A DNA stretch of 64,000 nt, from contig JBHGNT010000022.1 of assembly GCA_043228905.1 (NCBI GenBank), forward strand, positions 8,990,001-9,054,000. The letters run 5' to 3'. Shown piece after piece: positions 13,404 through 25,989 of the stretch. The notes beneath the pieces were generated by a model. That model was not told the DNA's origin. It saw only the letters and a program-made list of their open reading frames with translations, and ran no database searches. The first letter of the stretch is position 1; the number at the start of each line of letters is the position of its first letter. Source of the DNA: Azolla caroliniana. Lineage: Eukaryota > Plantae > Polypodiophyta. Made by a program: the position numbers and the translations under genes.

Positions 13404-14007
13404 TGATGGAAATAATCAACACTTTCCAAACTTCACCTCTCGGCCACAACCAAGGAAACACACGAATCGTTGTTGCAGAAAATGGGAAATGCAAAAGTAA
13501 ATAAGTGGACACACAATTTAACGTGGAAAACCCTGTGCGGGAAAAACCACGGGAGTACAAGACTCCGAACCAAAACTATGCACAGAGAAATATACAATGG
13601 CGAGCTGCAAGGCGACGACCTTGAGCTCGCTGTCCTCGCCACATGCGGCGGAATTACACAGAGGCGTCGACCTCTTCGTCTCTCACGCTCTATCTCTCTC
13701 ACGGCTGCTCTCTCTTCACTCCTCTTGAGTGGAAAAACAGAAAAATAAGTAGCAACATCAAAACTGTTTGCCCTAAGTCATATTTATACACATATGACTT
13801 TAGGGCTATTTACAACTATAGCCTCAAGGGCCCTTGGCAAACATATTCACAGATATGTCCCCGCATCCGGATCTCTCTCCGGGTACATTCGTCGTCCGGC
13901 TCCGAAGTCGGGGTCTTCATCATCCGGTTCCGAAACCGCAACCGGGCTTGTCGTCATTCATCTCCGGACATCCGACCATCCCATCCGGAGGGACCGTAAT
14001 CCCAACA
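13404..14007 (-). repeat. 3' LTR of young copia
   Basis: Direct repeat of 18121-18724. Confidence 0.97.
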
Positions 14008-14020
14008 AACTCCCCCTTCA
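14008..14020 (-). promoter_or_regulatory. Polypurine tract (TGAAGGGGGAGTT)
   Basis: Purine run adjacent to the 3' LTR and overlapping the pol stop. Confidence 0.9.
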
Positions 14021-17000
14021 CTTCGGCATGGGATGTCTCTCCAATCCGATCCTCTTCCGGCATGCTTCCAGCTTGTCGGGTGTGAGCACCTTGGTCAGCA
14101 TATCCGACCCGTTCTCGTCCGTGTGGATCTTCGTCAGCACGAACTCCTTGTCTTCTATCCTTTCCCGGATCCAGTGATATCTTCGCTGGATGTGCTTCGT
14201 CCGGGAGTGATAGGCCGCGTTCTTCGCAAGGTGGATTGCACTCTGACTGTCGCAGTAGAGTCGGTACTCCTCCTGCCGGATACCGAGCTCTCTAATGAAG
14301 TCCTTCATCCATATTATTTCCTTGCCGGCTTCAACAGCCGCCATGTACTCCGCCTCCGTGGTTGACAACGCAACCGTCTTCTGCAGCCTCGACTGCCATG
14401 AAACAGCTCCCCCTGCATACGTCATCACATACCCTGATGTGGACCGGCTGGTATCTGCATCAGCCGACATATCCGAATCGGTGAAGCCGTCGAGTTCGGG
14501 CTTACCGGAGCCGAATCGGAGGCACACGTTTGTCGTGCCCTTCAGGTATCGGAGTATCCACTTGGCCGCGTTCCAATGCTCTTTGCCGGGATTGCTCATG
14601 TACCAGCTCACCACTCCGACTGCATATCCTATGTCCGGTCGGGTACACACCATTGCGTATATCAAGCTCCCGACGGCAGAGGCATATGGTACTTTCATCA
14701 TGTCCTCCTTCTCAGCCTTTGTCTTGGGGCTCTGCTTGCTGGACAGCTTGCAGTTTGCCGGGAGTGTTGACCCGACCGGTCTTGCTTCCGACATGTTGAA
14801 CCGGTGAAGCACCTTGGTCACGTACTTCTCCTGTGACAGCCACAACTGCTTCTTCTTCCGGTCCCGGATGATGTGCATCCCTAGTATTTGCCTCGCCGGA
14901 CCCAGGTCCTTCATTGAGAAGGTTCGGTGAAGAGCCTTCTTCAGCATCCGTATCTTGACCTGGTCTCGTCCGACGATCAACATGTCGTCCACGTACAGGA
15001 GGAGTATTAGAAAGTCTCCTCCTTCGAACTTCTTCACAAACACGCAGTGATCGGACTGCGTTTTGTGGTACCCTTCGTCTGTCATGAAGGAGTCGAACTT
15101 CCGGTACCATTGCCGGGGAGCCTGCTTCAGACCGTAAAGGCTCTTCTTCAACCGGCATACCAGGTGCTCCTTCCCTTTCTTCTCGAATCCTTCCGGTTGC
15201 TGCATGTAGATCTCTTCTTCGAGGTCACCGTGAAGGAATGCCGTCTTCACGTCCATCTGTTCTATCTCGAGGTCCATGCTTGCCGCTATGCTCAGCACCG
15301 TCCGGATGGAGGTCATCTTCACTACCGGGGCAAATATCTCGTCGAAGTCGACGCCCTTCTTCTGCTGAAACCCCTTCACCACGATCCTGGCTTTGTATCT
15401 CGGGGGGTTTCCGGCATCTCCCGGTTTCAGCTTGAACACCCACTTGTTACGGAGTGCTCGTTTTCCTTTCGGCAACTCCACAAGTTCATATGTGTGGTTC
15501 TCATGCAGGGAATCCATCTCCTCTTGCATGGCACTTAACCACCTGCGGTTATGGGTGTCATGCTTCGCTTCTTCAAAGCTCTCCGGCTCCCCCTCGTCGG
15601 TTAGCAGCACGTGCTCTGGTTCCGGAAATCTCCGGGGGGGCCTTCTCTCTCTTAGAGGATATCTCCGTCCGGAGCTTCGGTAACCGGTTCTTTCGATTCT
15701 TCTTCATCCGAATCCATTTCGGGATCGGGGCCGGTTCCGGTATCATTTTCATCTTCTTCGGCCGGTTCTGTTTCTTCACCGTCTTCGGCCGGATCTTCGA
15801 GTGTTAACCGGTCCCTTGCCGGTCGGGACTGCTCCTCGTAGAGTTTATCCTCACCGGTCGACTTGGAGCTCTTCATCTTCTTCGCCGACTCCCAGTCGGC
15901 GAGTGTCTTGTTCTCCATGAAGATGATATCACGACTCCGGAATATCTTCTTGTCGACCGGGTCCCATACTCGGTAGCCGAACTCGTCATCGCCGTAACCG
16001 AGGAATATGCATGGCCGGGTCTTTGGATCTAGCTTTCCTCTCCAGTCCTTTGCCACATGCACGTATGCGAGACACCCGAACACCTTCAGATGCCGGTAGG
16101 ATACTTCCCTACCGGTCCACACTCTCTGCGGCGTGTCTCCGTCCAAAGGTACTGAGGGTGATCTGTTTATCACGTATGTCGCCGTTGACATCGCCTCAGC
16201 CCAAAACCCCTTGGGTAATTCCGCATGCGCCAGCATACTCCGGACCCTCTCCATTATGGTCCGGTTCATCCTCTCGGCCAGCCCGTTCAGTTCCGGCGTC
16301 TTCGGCACAGTAAACTCGAGCCGGATTCCCTTCGAGCGACAGTACTCCGCGAACTGCCCCCGGTATTCCCCTCCGTTATCTGCTCGTATCGCTTTCAGCT
16401 TCTTGCCGGATTCCCTTTCCACTCTCGCGTGGAGTTCTTTGAAGACGCACAACACTTGGTCCTTTGTCTTCAACGGTGCCGTCCACAGCTTCCGGCTATG
16501 GTCATCTATGAATGTTACGAAGTACTGGGCTCCGCCATGTGACTTCGTTTCTACCTGACACACATCAGTGTGCACCAACTCCAATGGTGCGCTACGTCTC
16601 GTCGGTGGCCTTGAGTAGAAGGAGGTTCGGTTCTGCTTACCGGCCAGGCAATCGGTGCACTTCTCCAGGTGCACATGCTTCACTGGAATAAGGTTGTCTT
16701 CTGCAAGCCTCTTCATCCCCTTCTCACTCATGTGGCACAGTCTCTTGTGCCACAGCTCACCGGTAGTGTCGGCTGCCACGTTCAACTCTTCCGGACACAA
16801 CCAGGCATTCATAAGGTACAATGTGTTGACTTTCCGGGCCCGAGCCACTATCAGGCTCCCCTTGCTGAACTTCATTACGTCGTTCCGGATGCTACCTGTG
16901 TAGCCTTCATCGTCTAGCCTCCCGGCCGAAATCAGGTTCAATCGAACCTCCGGAACGTGTCGGACATCCTTCAGCAGCATTTTGCATCCGGTCGAGGTTG

Positions 17001-18090
17001 TCAACCACACGTCTCCTATGCCGGCAATCCGGCACGTACCTTCATTTCCCATCCGAACACAGCCATGCTCACCGACTGTGTAGGATGAGAAGTATCTTCT
17101 CTCCGGGGTCAGGTGGAACGATGCTCCGGAATCGACCACCCATGTCGTCTCATCGCCGGCAATGTTTAGTTCACCTTCTTCGGTGATGAGCATGATTTCT
17201 TCCTCACTTGCCGCGAGTGCCGTCGTTCCTTTCCGGTCCTGCCCTCGCCGATCCGGACCTCTCCGGTCCGTGGCTCCCCGGTATGCACCGTTTCTCTCCG
17301 GTGACTTCTTCGAATCGGTGTCGTCGGCTCCGTTGTCCTTTCGGTAATGCCGACAATTCTTCCGGAAGTGCCCCGGCTTCCCACAGTGGAAGCATGTGGG
17401 CCTTCTTCTTGACTGCGACCGGGTCCCCGACTTCTCCCGTCTTTGCGGACTCCGGTTCCATTGTCTTCCCCGATCCGATTCGGTAAGCAGCGCCTTCGAG
17501 TCGGAGGCCGGTTCTTTATCTTTCCGACGCGCTTCTTCGTTCAAAATACTTGTCTTTACCGTTTGTAGGGACAAGTTATCTTCCGTGCAGGAGGTGCTGA
17601 GAGTCACCAACAAGTTCTCCCAGCTTTCCGGCAATGTACACATCAGAATGATGGCTTGCATTGCATCCTCCAGCGGGAACTTGATCGCCGCAAGCTGGTT
17701 CACGAATCCCATGAACGTGCTTACGTGTTCCACCATACTCTCGCCGTCCCGGTACTTGAGGTTCACTATCTTCCTCATCAGGGAGGTCCGGTTCAACGCA
17801 TTCTTCCTCTCGTAGAGGCCCGACAGCTTCCGCCACATCTCATATGCGTTGATGTCGTTCGCCACATGTTGTAGAACGCTCACGTCGACGTATTGCCGAA
17901 TGGTTGCAACGGCTTTCCGGTTCAGAAGCCTCCATTCCGACTCAAGTACCCCCTTCGGTATTTCCGACCTGTCAATCGGTTCGTACAGGTCCCGAACAAT
18001 CAGAAGATCCTCCATCTTGATCTTCCAGTCGGCGTAATTCTGCGCATTCAGCACCATCATCCCCGGCTGCCCGCTGCCGCCGCCTTCCAT
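14018..18090 (-). CDS. Copia Gag-Pol polyprotein with a single frameshift near 15670
   Basis: ATG at 18090 (MEGGGSGQ). Zn knuckle CFHCGKPGHFRKNC, protease WVVDSGASFH, HHCC and DDE integrase, RT YVDD, RNase H FTDSD..TEAEY..DSQSAI. First frame stops at 15652; the second frame GRRYPLRERRPPRRF runs to 14018. Confidence 0.95.
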
Positions 18091-18105
18091 TTTCTGCAGC
18101 AGCTC

Positions 18106-18117
18106 GCTCTGATACCA
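18106..18117 (-). promoter_or_regulatory. Primer-binding site for initiator tRNA-Met (TGGTATCAGAGC)
   Basis: Canonical PBS 3 nt inside the 5' LTR boundary. Confidence 0.95.
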
Positions 18118-18120
18118 AAT

Positions 18121-18724
18121 TGATGGAAATAATCGACACTTTCCAAACTTCACCTCTCGGCCACAACCAAGGAAACACACGAATCGTTGTTGCAGAAAAT
18201 GGGAAATGCAAAAGTAAATAAGTGGACACACAATTTAACGTGGAAAACCCTGTGCGGGAAAAACCACGGGAGTACAAGACTCCGAACCAAAACTATGCAC
18301 AGAGAAATATACAATGGCGAGCTGCAAGGCGACGACCTTGAGCTCGTTGTCCTCGCCACAGGCGGCGGAATTACACAGAGGCGTCGACCTCTTCGTCTCT
18401 CACGCTCTATCTCTCTCACGGCTGCTCTCTCTTCACTCCTCTTGAGTGGAAAAACAGAAAAATAAGTAGCAACATCAAAACTGTTTGCCCTAAGTCATAT
18501 TTATACACATATGACTTTAGGGCTATTTACAACTATAGCCTCAAGGGCCCTTGGCAAACATATTCACAGATATGTCCCCGCATCCGGATCTCTCTCCGGG
18601 TACATTCGTCGTCCGGCTCCGAAGTCGGGGTCTTCATCATCCGGTTCCGAAACCGCAACCGGGCTTGTCGTCATTCATCTCCGGACATCCGACCATCCCA
18701 TCCGGAGGGACCGTAATCCCAACA
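18121..18724 (-). repeat. 5' LTR of young copia
   Basis: Direct repeat of 13404-14007, adjacent to the PBS. Confidence 0.97.
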
Positions 18725-19379
18725 GTTTCATGCGTGCGCTCACAAATCGCTTCAAACCAATGTATGTATACCTGTTTCTGTTCGTCCTCGATTCCATCTC
18801 CTTTAAAGCATTAAATTCATGGAGCCTCTTTAAACTGCATTGTGCATCATTTCGTTTCAAGGTATCCCGTTCTCTCGTTCTTTTCACGTGTTCTTTTTTT
18901 AGCCTAAAAGTCTCATCTTTCTTGATCTTCTTTCAAATAAGCTTATGTTCTTTCGTCAATAAAGGTGATTTCTTGTTCAGATTGTGTTTGATATACGGGA
19001 AATCATTCTTGTTTTCTCCCTCAAAGTAAAAAATGGAAGGAAACATTCTTTGGTTTAAGTTAAATACATTCTGTATTTTGATTCAGTCATACGCTTCGAT
19101 TTTAACTTCACATAAAATTTGCAGCTCGTTGTTGGTTGCTCATCCATGCCTGCTTGTTGCCACTCTACCACTCTAGTACGTATGTTTGTCTTTCTCTGTT
19201 TATGAAATCTCTATTTTCTCTCTTTTTTTATTATCTATTTTTTCTGTTTTCAAATAACATAACCATTTGAATAAGTTATGACACTAGAGAATAAGAGTAA
19301 ATAGATTATGAATGCTTCATATCCATGTGATTGAAAACTTACAAATGTAAAATAACTAAATGTTTGTTGCATTCCAAAT

Positions 19380-20525
19380 TAACGATTTGCACTTAATTGT
19401 GTGCTTGCAATCACATTATTAAGGCCATCAAATTATTGCAAGTCTTATGTTTACATTGTGCAAAATGAGGAGGCTCTAGTAAATCTATTCTATGGTTGCC
19501 CTCAAAAAAATATTGAATTCGTATAATAGTCATGAATACTTAAACATCTACAACATTGTTATTTGTCACGTTCGCTCATGATAAAATCATGCCATTCGTG
19601 AAAGCACACAAATCACCTAATTGCAAGGAACGAGTGATAAAGTCATGTCAAGGGCCTCTAAGTTCCATCAACCATAAACCCTTCAAACGATGAGGAATTT
19701 ACATTCATGAAAGGAATATATATTGGAGAATGCAAGGAGTATATGTTGGATCTCAATTGTTTTGAGAAGGATAGTTATAATTATCCAATTATTCCAGAAT
19801 ATGGTAGAGAAAAAGGAATGCTTTCAGTTTTAAGAGATGCTATTAAAGGTAATATGTATAAAAGCATCCTCATGGATAGAAGTATTGATGGTGAGGACTT
19901 AATTGAAGTCATTGATTCCAAACTTTGTTTTCTAAGGCATTAATAGAGACGATAAAAAGGAGGCTTCAAGATCCGGTGACCCTTTCCGCATTGAAAATGT
20001 TATCACCAATTAACATTTCTACCGGATCTATTGGAGAATGCAAGGAGTATATGTTGGATCTCAATTGTTTTGAGAAGGATAGTTATAATTATCCAATTAT
20101 TCCAGAATATGGTAGAGAAAAAGGAATGCTTTCAGTTTTAAGAGATGCTATTAAAGGTAATATGTATAAAGCATCCTCATGGATAGAAGTATTGATGGTG
20201 AGGACTTAATTGAAGTCATCGATTCCAAACTTTGTTTTCTAAGGCATTAATAGAGACGATAAAAAGGAGGCTTCAAGATCCGGTGACCCTTTCCGCATTG
20301 AAAATGTTATCACCAATTAACATTTCTACCGGATCTACAAGCATTTTAGCACGAAAAACTATGGGTCTTAATGAGTTGAAAACACTTGGAAATTTTTATG
20401 GAATTCAAAAAATGGTAGATGGGAAAGCGTTTTCTCCCATAATTGATAATGATAAATTGTATGATGAATACGTAATTTTCAAAAGGCAAGCTACCACGGA
20501 ATGGCTTGGAAGAGATTTCTTAGAT
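19380..20525 (+). pseudogene. hAT-like (ZNF862-type) transposase C-terminal fragment
   Basis: ALIETIKRRLQDPVTLSALKMLSP...LKTLGNFYG...SPIIDNDKLYDEYVIFK...W resembles the region before the hAT dimerisation domain. Frameshifted and partly duplicated; family call from memory only. Confidence 0.55.
19721..20337. repeat. Direct tandem duplication, 308-bp unit x2
   Basis: tattggagaatgcaagg at 19721 and 20029. Copies differ by a 1-nt indel and a C/T; 2-nt ta junction overlap. Confidence 0.93.
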
Positions 20526-21348
20526 GTTTGGGTGTATGCTTGTGTGCACGATCGCGTGGACGTTTGCGGGCGTACGCGTGCATGGCCGCGTGGACGTTTC
20601 AGATGGACGCGCACGTGCACAGCCTCATGGGACGCGAGTGTGCGGACAAGCGCGGAGATGTGTACACGGCGCGGTCAGGACTTTTGCGCGCAGACACGTC
20701 TACGGTTTGGTTGCAGCGCACGGGCTAAACTTTATGGATGATTGGGTCATTTGGCTGAATTATACGGACGGTCACATGCAACTAAAAGTCAAGGCCATGC
20801 TACTAAAAGTAGCATGCAAAAGTTCCATTTTTTCCCTCTACTTTTTCTTTTCTTTTCTTCTTCTCTCTCTCATTCCTTGGGGGAAGAAATCTCTCTCATA
20901 TTGATATTGGACCACTCCTTACATGGTTGTTGGCTCCTTCCTTTCAAGAAATCTCTCTCATATTGATATCGGACCACTCCTTACATGGTTGTTGGATCCT
21001 TCCTTTCAAGAAATCTCTCTCATATTGATATCGGGCCACTCCTTACATGGTTGTTGGCTCCTTCCTTTCAAGAATAATCTCTCATATTCATATTGGACCA
21101 CTCCTTATATGGATGTTGGCTCCTTTCTTTAAAAGATTTATCTCTCATTTTCAAATCCAATCCATTGTAACATGATTCTAAGTTTATAAAGAATCGATTT
21201 CTTTTGCAATAAACGAATGTTTCCTCTCATCTACTTATCTTATATGTGAATATTGCTTGTGTTGTGCGTGTGTGTACTAATTCCTTCCAGTCCATAACCC
21301 CAGCGGTTCCGTCTCACGATCCGCACATAATGACGGATTCTCACGACA
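20525..21348 (+). mobile_element. Truncated LTR-like fragment (right end ...TCACGACA) abutting the old copia gag start
   Basis: CpG-rich start, internal 62-bp array, LTR-like CA terminus immediately before codon 7 of the old copia gag. Left terminus not found. Confidence 0.5.
20884..21147. repeat. Tandem array, 62-bp unit, about 4.3 copies
   Basis: aagaaatctctctcatattgata-type anchor at 20884, 20946, 21008 and 21070. Confidence 0.92.
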
Positions 21349-21480
21349 CCGTCGGAAGCGAGCTTGCCATGCTTCTATCCATTTCCTCTTTTGTTTGTTC
21401 TTATCGACTATTAGGATTCGTTTGTGTTACAACTCTTCTTGGCAAACAGAGGATGTTCTAACCCTCACGCTTTGATACCA

Positions 21481-21586
21481 TTTAAAAATCGTGTGCAGAA
21501 GCTTGTAGACACAACCAGTTTCTACTGGATAGCAATAGAAAACATAATGAATGTGTAATGGAAGCTTGAAACACACAAAGAGAGTA

Positions 21587-21631
<45 letters not shown>

Positions 21632-21916
21632 ATAACACAAAACTCTATTTCAAAAAATACACTCTATAAACTTTGTACATCGAATGTGCTTAGAGAGCAC
21701 TTTTATACAAATCCTTAAAATGACTGATAGAAGTATCGACAAGTACTTCAATGCTTGTACTGAGCTACTGACACTAACTCCTAGGAACATAACTCCTTAG
21801 TAGACTAGGAACGTAGGCCTCCAACAGCCTACTGATTCGCACATGGGTCCGGCTTTTCGTTCAGATTCTCGGCTTGTTTAGCCAATCCAGCCCACATGGA
21901 GCTTGCTCGCTCAACA
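21481..21916 (-). repeat. 5' LTR of old copia, containing an expanded (AG)n tract
   Basis: Homologous to 6649-7051; PBS adjacent at 21469-21480. Confidence 0.85.
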
Positions 21917-22788
21917 ACAAGAGAGGGGAATAAATAGATATATTTTTAACATCCATGAGAAACTAATTGTGATCTATGAGAGCAAGAAAGAGGGAGAGAA
22001 TTCCATTCACACCATAAATCGTTACATACCATCCCTCAAGCAATTCATGTGTTTACAAATGTTGCCTCTGTCATCAATTGCAGTTTTAGTCAATTCGTTA
22101 AGCTTCATCCATATCATGAAGTGTGCATGCTTTTATGTATGCATTCATTCATTACGTACAAGATATAATCAACTCATATACATATCTTAATTCATTATAG
22201 ATCCATCCTACCTTTTACAAACATGTTTCCTCATCATGCACACTAGGATGATGGTTAAACATCATTATTTCGTGATGTTGCAATTCATTATTTTTGTTTC
22301 GAGAACATTTTGAGTAATGCACACCATTGTACATGTTTGTAAGTGTTTTCTATTGCGTTTATGGAACATTGTGTTTGTAAGGGATAATATAGATAAGGAC
22401 TCAAGAGTATGTATGACACAATTTTCATTGCAGTTTGTCAAAACGTGTTGTATGAAGGCACTCAATAACATCACACACACACACACAATGTTGGTGAAAG
22501 CATTATGAATCAATGCCTAGAATTCTAGTCATGACACAAGTGATGATGGATGGGGAGCATAGAATCATCTAGGGCAAAACCGTTTTTCATTGCACGACGT
22601 GTCAGACCATGTTGTGTAAAGGGAGCCCACCACACACATACCATGCGCTCTAAAAAACCATAAGCGTCACGAGCAACCAGATAAATGAGTGATGGGGCAT
22701 ACATGAAAAACGATGGGTTAGAAGTTGGACGATGTGATGCGCCCACCGAAATTCAGGAATCGATGGCATGACATCTTCAATTGAGACA

Positions 22789-22791
<3 letters not shown>

Positions 22792-22838
<47 letters not shown>
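22792..22838. repeat. (CT)n microsatellite
   Basis: Pure CT dinucleotide run. Confidence 0.95.
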
Positions 22839-22844
<6 letters not shown>

Positions 22845-22974
22845 AACTCTTGATAAGGAGGAGTCTTGTACGTTCACATGAAGAAGAAGAAGAAGAGGAT
22901 GATGGATACCTAACTCCCCCCCCTCCCTCTCTCTCTCTCTAACCCAATTATCGTGTCCAAATGAAAAACTATAA

Positions 22975-23530
22975 TCGGAAAATAGAATTGAAAATGAAAA
23001 TGAAAATGAAGAAGGAATAGAAAATGAGAATGAAAACGAATAAGGAATTGAAAATGAGAATGAAAACGAATAAGGAATTGAAAAATGAAAATGACAATGA
23101 CAACGAAGAAGGAATAGAAAAAATAGAATGAGAATGAGAATAAATTTTCGTGATTTTAACTCGAGAAATAATTATATTATCCATTACTTTAATCCGTTAT
23201 AACAAAATGAAGTTTTTATACATATATGTAATGTAACACAGATACATAAAAATAAATAAAGTAATAAGATAAAAAGCAAAAATAGAAGAAAACAAACAAA
23301 TATGTACTGTAGAAACATAAATAAATAAACCAACAAATATGTATATGTATGTAAATAATGAAAATAAATAAGTAAAATAAATCAATACGCCAACAAATAT
23401 ATGTATGTAAATAATGAAAATAAATAAGTAAAATAAATCAATACAGTAAACCAACAAATATATGTAAATAATGAAAATAAATCAATAAATAAACCAACAA
23501 ATATATGTAAATAATGAGAAGAAAATATAT
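22975..23530. repeat. Low-complexity A-rich repeats (gaaaat/gagaat units; gtaaataatgaaaataaat units) upstream of GPAT
   Basis: Visible 30-bp and about 60-bp imperfect tandem units. Confidence 0.7.
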
Positions 23531-23632
23531 ACATACATAGATAATATTTAATGAATTGAGTTAATTAACGAAGATTGACACATTAAATAGAAGAAGAAGA
23601 AGAAGAAGAAGAGGAATCAGAGCAGTGCCCTG

Positions 23633-25590
23633 ATGATGGCTATGGCGGAAGGCAGCTTCCATCTACACAACACAAACCCTAAAACTGAGAAGAAGGAGTT
23701 TCCTTCCATTGCTTTATTCTGGTCTGCACCACGCCGTTCATCATTCTCATCATCACCATCTTCTTCGACATTACCATCATCGTCTCCTCCGCCAAATCCG
23801 CAGGGACGCATCGTCTGCAGCCTGAACTCTGCTCTCCTTCGATCCTCCAGCCCCTTCCCTTACTTCTTCCTCCTCTCTCTCGAAGCAGGAAGCCTTCTGC
23901 GCTCTTTCTTGCTCCTCTCCCTCTTCCCTCTCGCACTTCTACTCTCCCTCTTCAACACACTTACGCGCGCTTCTGACGACCTCTCCCTCCGTTTCCTAAT
24001 CTTCATCTCCACTGCAGGCATCCGTTTCTCTGAGATCCAAGGCGTTTCGAAAGCTGTCCTTACCAAATTCTTCCTCGATGATCTCCATCGCCAAACTTTC
24101 AAGATTCTCACTAATGCTACTACTACGACTTCCACCGATTCATCTACCTGCAGAATGAATAAGATATATGTGGTAACGTCATATCCTCGCGTTATGGTCG
24201 AATATTTCCTTAAAGAACATGTCGGCGTGGACGATGTCTTTGGTACTGAGCTTCAAGTAAATCGCCATGGCGTCTGCACAGGATTGGTGCAGAAACCTGC
24301 TGGTATTCTGACGGGGAAGAAGAAGGTGGAAGCTTTGCGGAAGGTATTTACTAATGGAGATATTCCTGACGTCGCTTTAGGAAGTGGAGATTCTGACTAT
24401 CCTTTCATGTCTTGGAGCAAGGTATTTATTTGATACTTGGATTAAACGATAGGGCTTAGAAATGAATTCAAGGCAGGAACAGACGATATGCTATCCTGTG
24501 TCTTATCCATAGCCAGTTTAGTCTGTCTATCATTTTGATCCATGTGAACAAGAAGGGGATTGATTCTCGTTTTTGTCTTTCCTGATTCTCTAATTTTCTT
24601 TTCTTTTCTTTTCTGATCGTTAGAGAGCATTGTTCTTAACAATCACGAGCCTACTCTTTCTTTCTTTGGTGAATGCAGGAGGCGTTTCTGGTGGATGTAG
24701 AAGCGGCCAAGCCAGTACCTCGGGAGCAGTATCGGAAGCCATTGGTGTTCCATGATGGACGCCTTGTACAGAGGCCGGTGCCAATCGCCGCCCTTGCCAT
24801 GTTTCTATGGCTTCCTGCAGGCGTCATCCTTGCGCTGGTGCGCTTGTTGATCTTGGAGTGTCTTCCCATGGAGTTAGTTGCGCCATTAATAGCATTATCT
24901 GGTCTCAACTTCAGAGTGAAAGGAGCTCCGCCATTGCCCCTCCCAGGATCATCGAAGCAGCAAGGCATACTGTTCGTGAGCTCCCACAGATCATTGATAG
25001 ATCCGTTAGTGGCATATGGAGGCCTGCGGAGGAAGGTGAGGGGATTGAGCTACTCCGCGAGTCCTTTCTCGGAGTTCATCTCTCCCGTGAAATTGGTGAA
25101 CCTCACTCGCAATCGAGACCAAGACAAGCGATTGATGGGAGGGCTATTGGCAAGGGGCGAAGATCTGTTCTTAACCCCAGAAGGGACGACGGGAAGGGAG
25201 CCATACCTGCTGAGGTTCAGCGCACTCTTCGCGGAGCTGACCGACGAGATCGTGCCGGTTGGGATGAAGCTGAGGGTGAGCATGTTCCACGGCACGAGCG
25301 CGAGGGGATTCAAAGCCTTGGATGCTTTGTTCATGGTGATGAATCCATGGCTGGCTTACGAGATGGTGATCCTCGAGAGGCTGCCGAGGGACGAAACTGT
25401 GGGGGGTGGAGCCAAGACCGGGTTCGAGGTGGCCAGCATTGTGCAGAAGAAAGTGGCGGACGCGCTCGGCGGATTCACCTGCACACAGCTGACACGCCGA
25501 GACAAATACATGGCCTTGGCAGGGAACGATGGTACCGTCCCCGCTGCTGTCGTGAAGACGGCTCGCGGAGGAGGCGGGAGCAGGAAATAG
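23633..25590 (+). CDS. GPAT: sn-2 glycerol-3-phosphate acyltransferase (land-plant cutin/suberin GPAT family); join(23633..24421,24679..25590), about 566 aa
   Basis: FPYFFLLSLEAGSLLR, KAVLTKFF, PRVMVEYFLKE, KPLVFHDGRL, acyltransferase HRSLIDP, LTRNR, PEGTT..REPYLLRFSALFAEL, LTRRDKY..LAGNDG. One GT-AG intron at the family-typical K|EA position. Start ATG choice (23633/23636/23642) uncertain. Confidence 0.95.
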
Positions 25591-25989
25591 GCCGGCCACC
25601 CGCCCAGTGACGCCTTCAGACTTGTGTGCACCCGAAAACGGTAGCCAAATGCTACCCAAAATCAAATGCTAAAGAGAATTTATATTTGCATTCTTCAATC
25701 CATGATTGCCTTTCTATTTATTTTGCTTGCTTCTATTAATGAATGAACTTCCTGTTCATCATCATCATCATCATTGTATACGTATAAGTTATAACTAACA
25801 CACACAAAGTAATCGATAATCATCTACAAATTAGTGCTAAAAATGCGAGGAAACAACATAACTCTATAGTGTTGTGTTGTGTTTATTTGCTAAACACAAT
25901 TGTAAAGCATTCATTTGCCTTTCATAATACTACCACCTCTCTTAATGCATGGAATGAAATTAGATTCAAAAGGTGTTATGAAGGGAACA

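Larger units (their letters stand above)
13404..18724 (-). mobile_element. Young, near-intact Ty1/copia LTR retrotransposon (5.3 kb)
   Basis: 604-bp TG...CA LTRs at 13404-14007 and 18121-18724 with about 3 substitutions. Perfect TSD GTTTC (13399-13403, 18725-18729). PBS and PPT present; domain order gag-PR-INT-RT-RH. Confidence 0.98.
12484..20525 (+). mobile_element. Putative hAT DNA transposon remnant (left end plus transposase relic), itself host to the young copia
   Basis: Copia homology stops abruptly at TAGTGTTGGGC, a hAT-like TIR start. A hAT-like transposase C-terminal relic lies at about 19380-20525. No right TIR or TSD found. Confidence 0.5.
6649..21916 (-). mobile_element. Old, decayed Ty1/copia LTR retrotransposon carrying nested insertions
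   Basis: Diverged LTR pair 6649-7051 and 21481-21916. PBS rc of TGGTATCAAAGC at 21469-21480; PPT at 7052-7062. Flanks GCAAG/ACAAG form a 5-bp TSD with one mismatch. Gag start MASSLPT at 21370; INT, RT and RNase H remnants at 7590-12484. Confidence 0.85.

Noticed and set aside
14033-18123. Many antisense or alternate-frame ORFs over the copia (and likewise over the gypsy at 55315-63857)
   Set aside because: Expected shadow ORFs in GC-rich coding DNA; no independent motifs.
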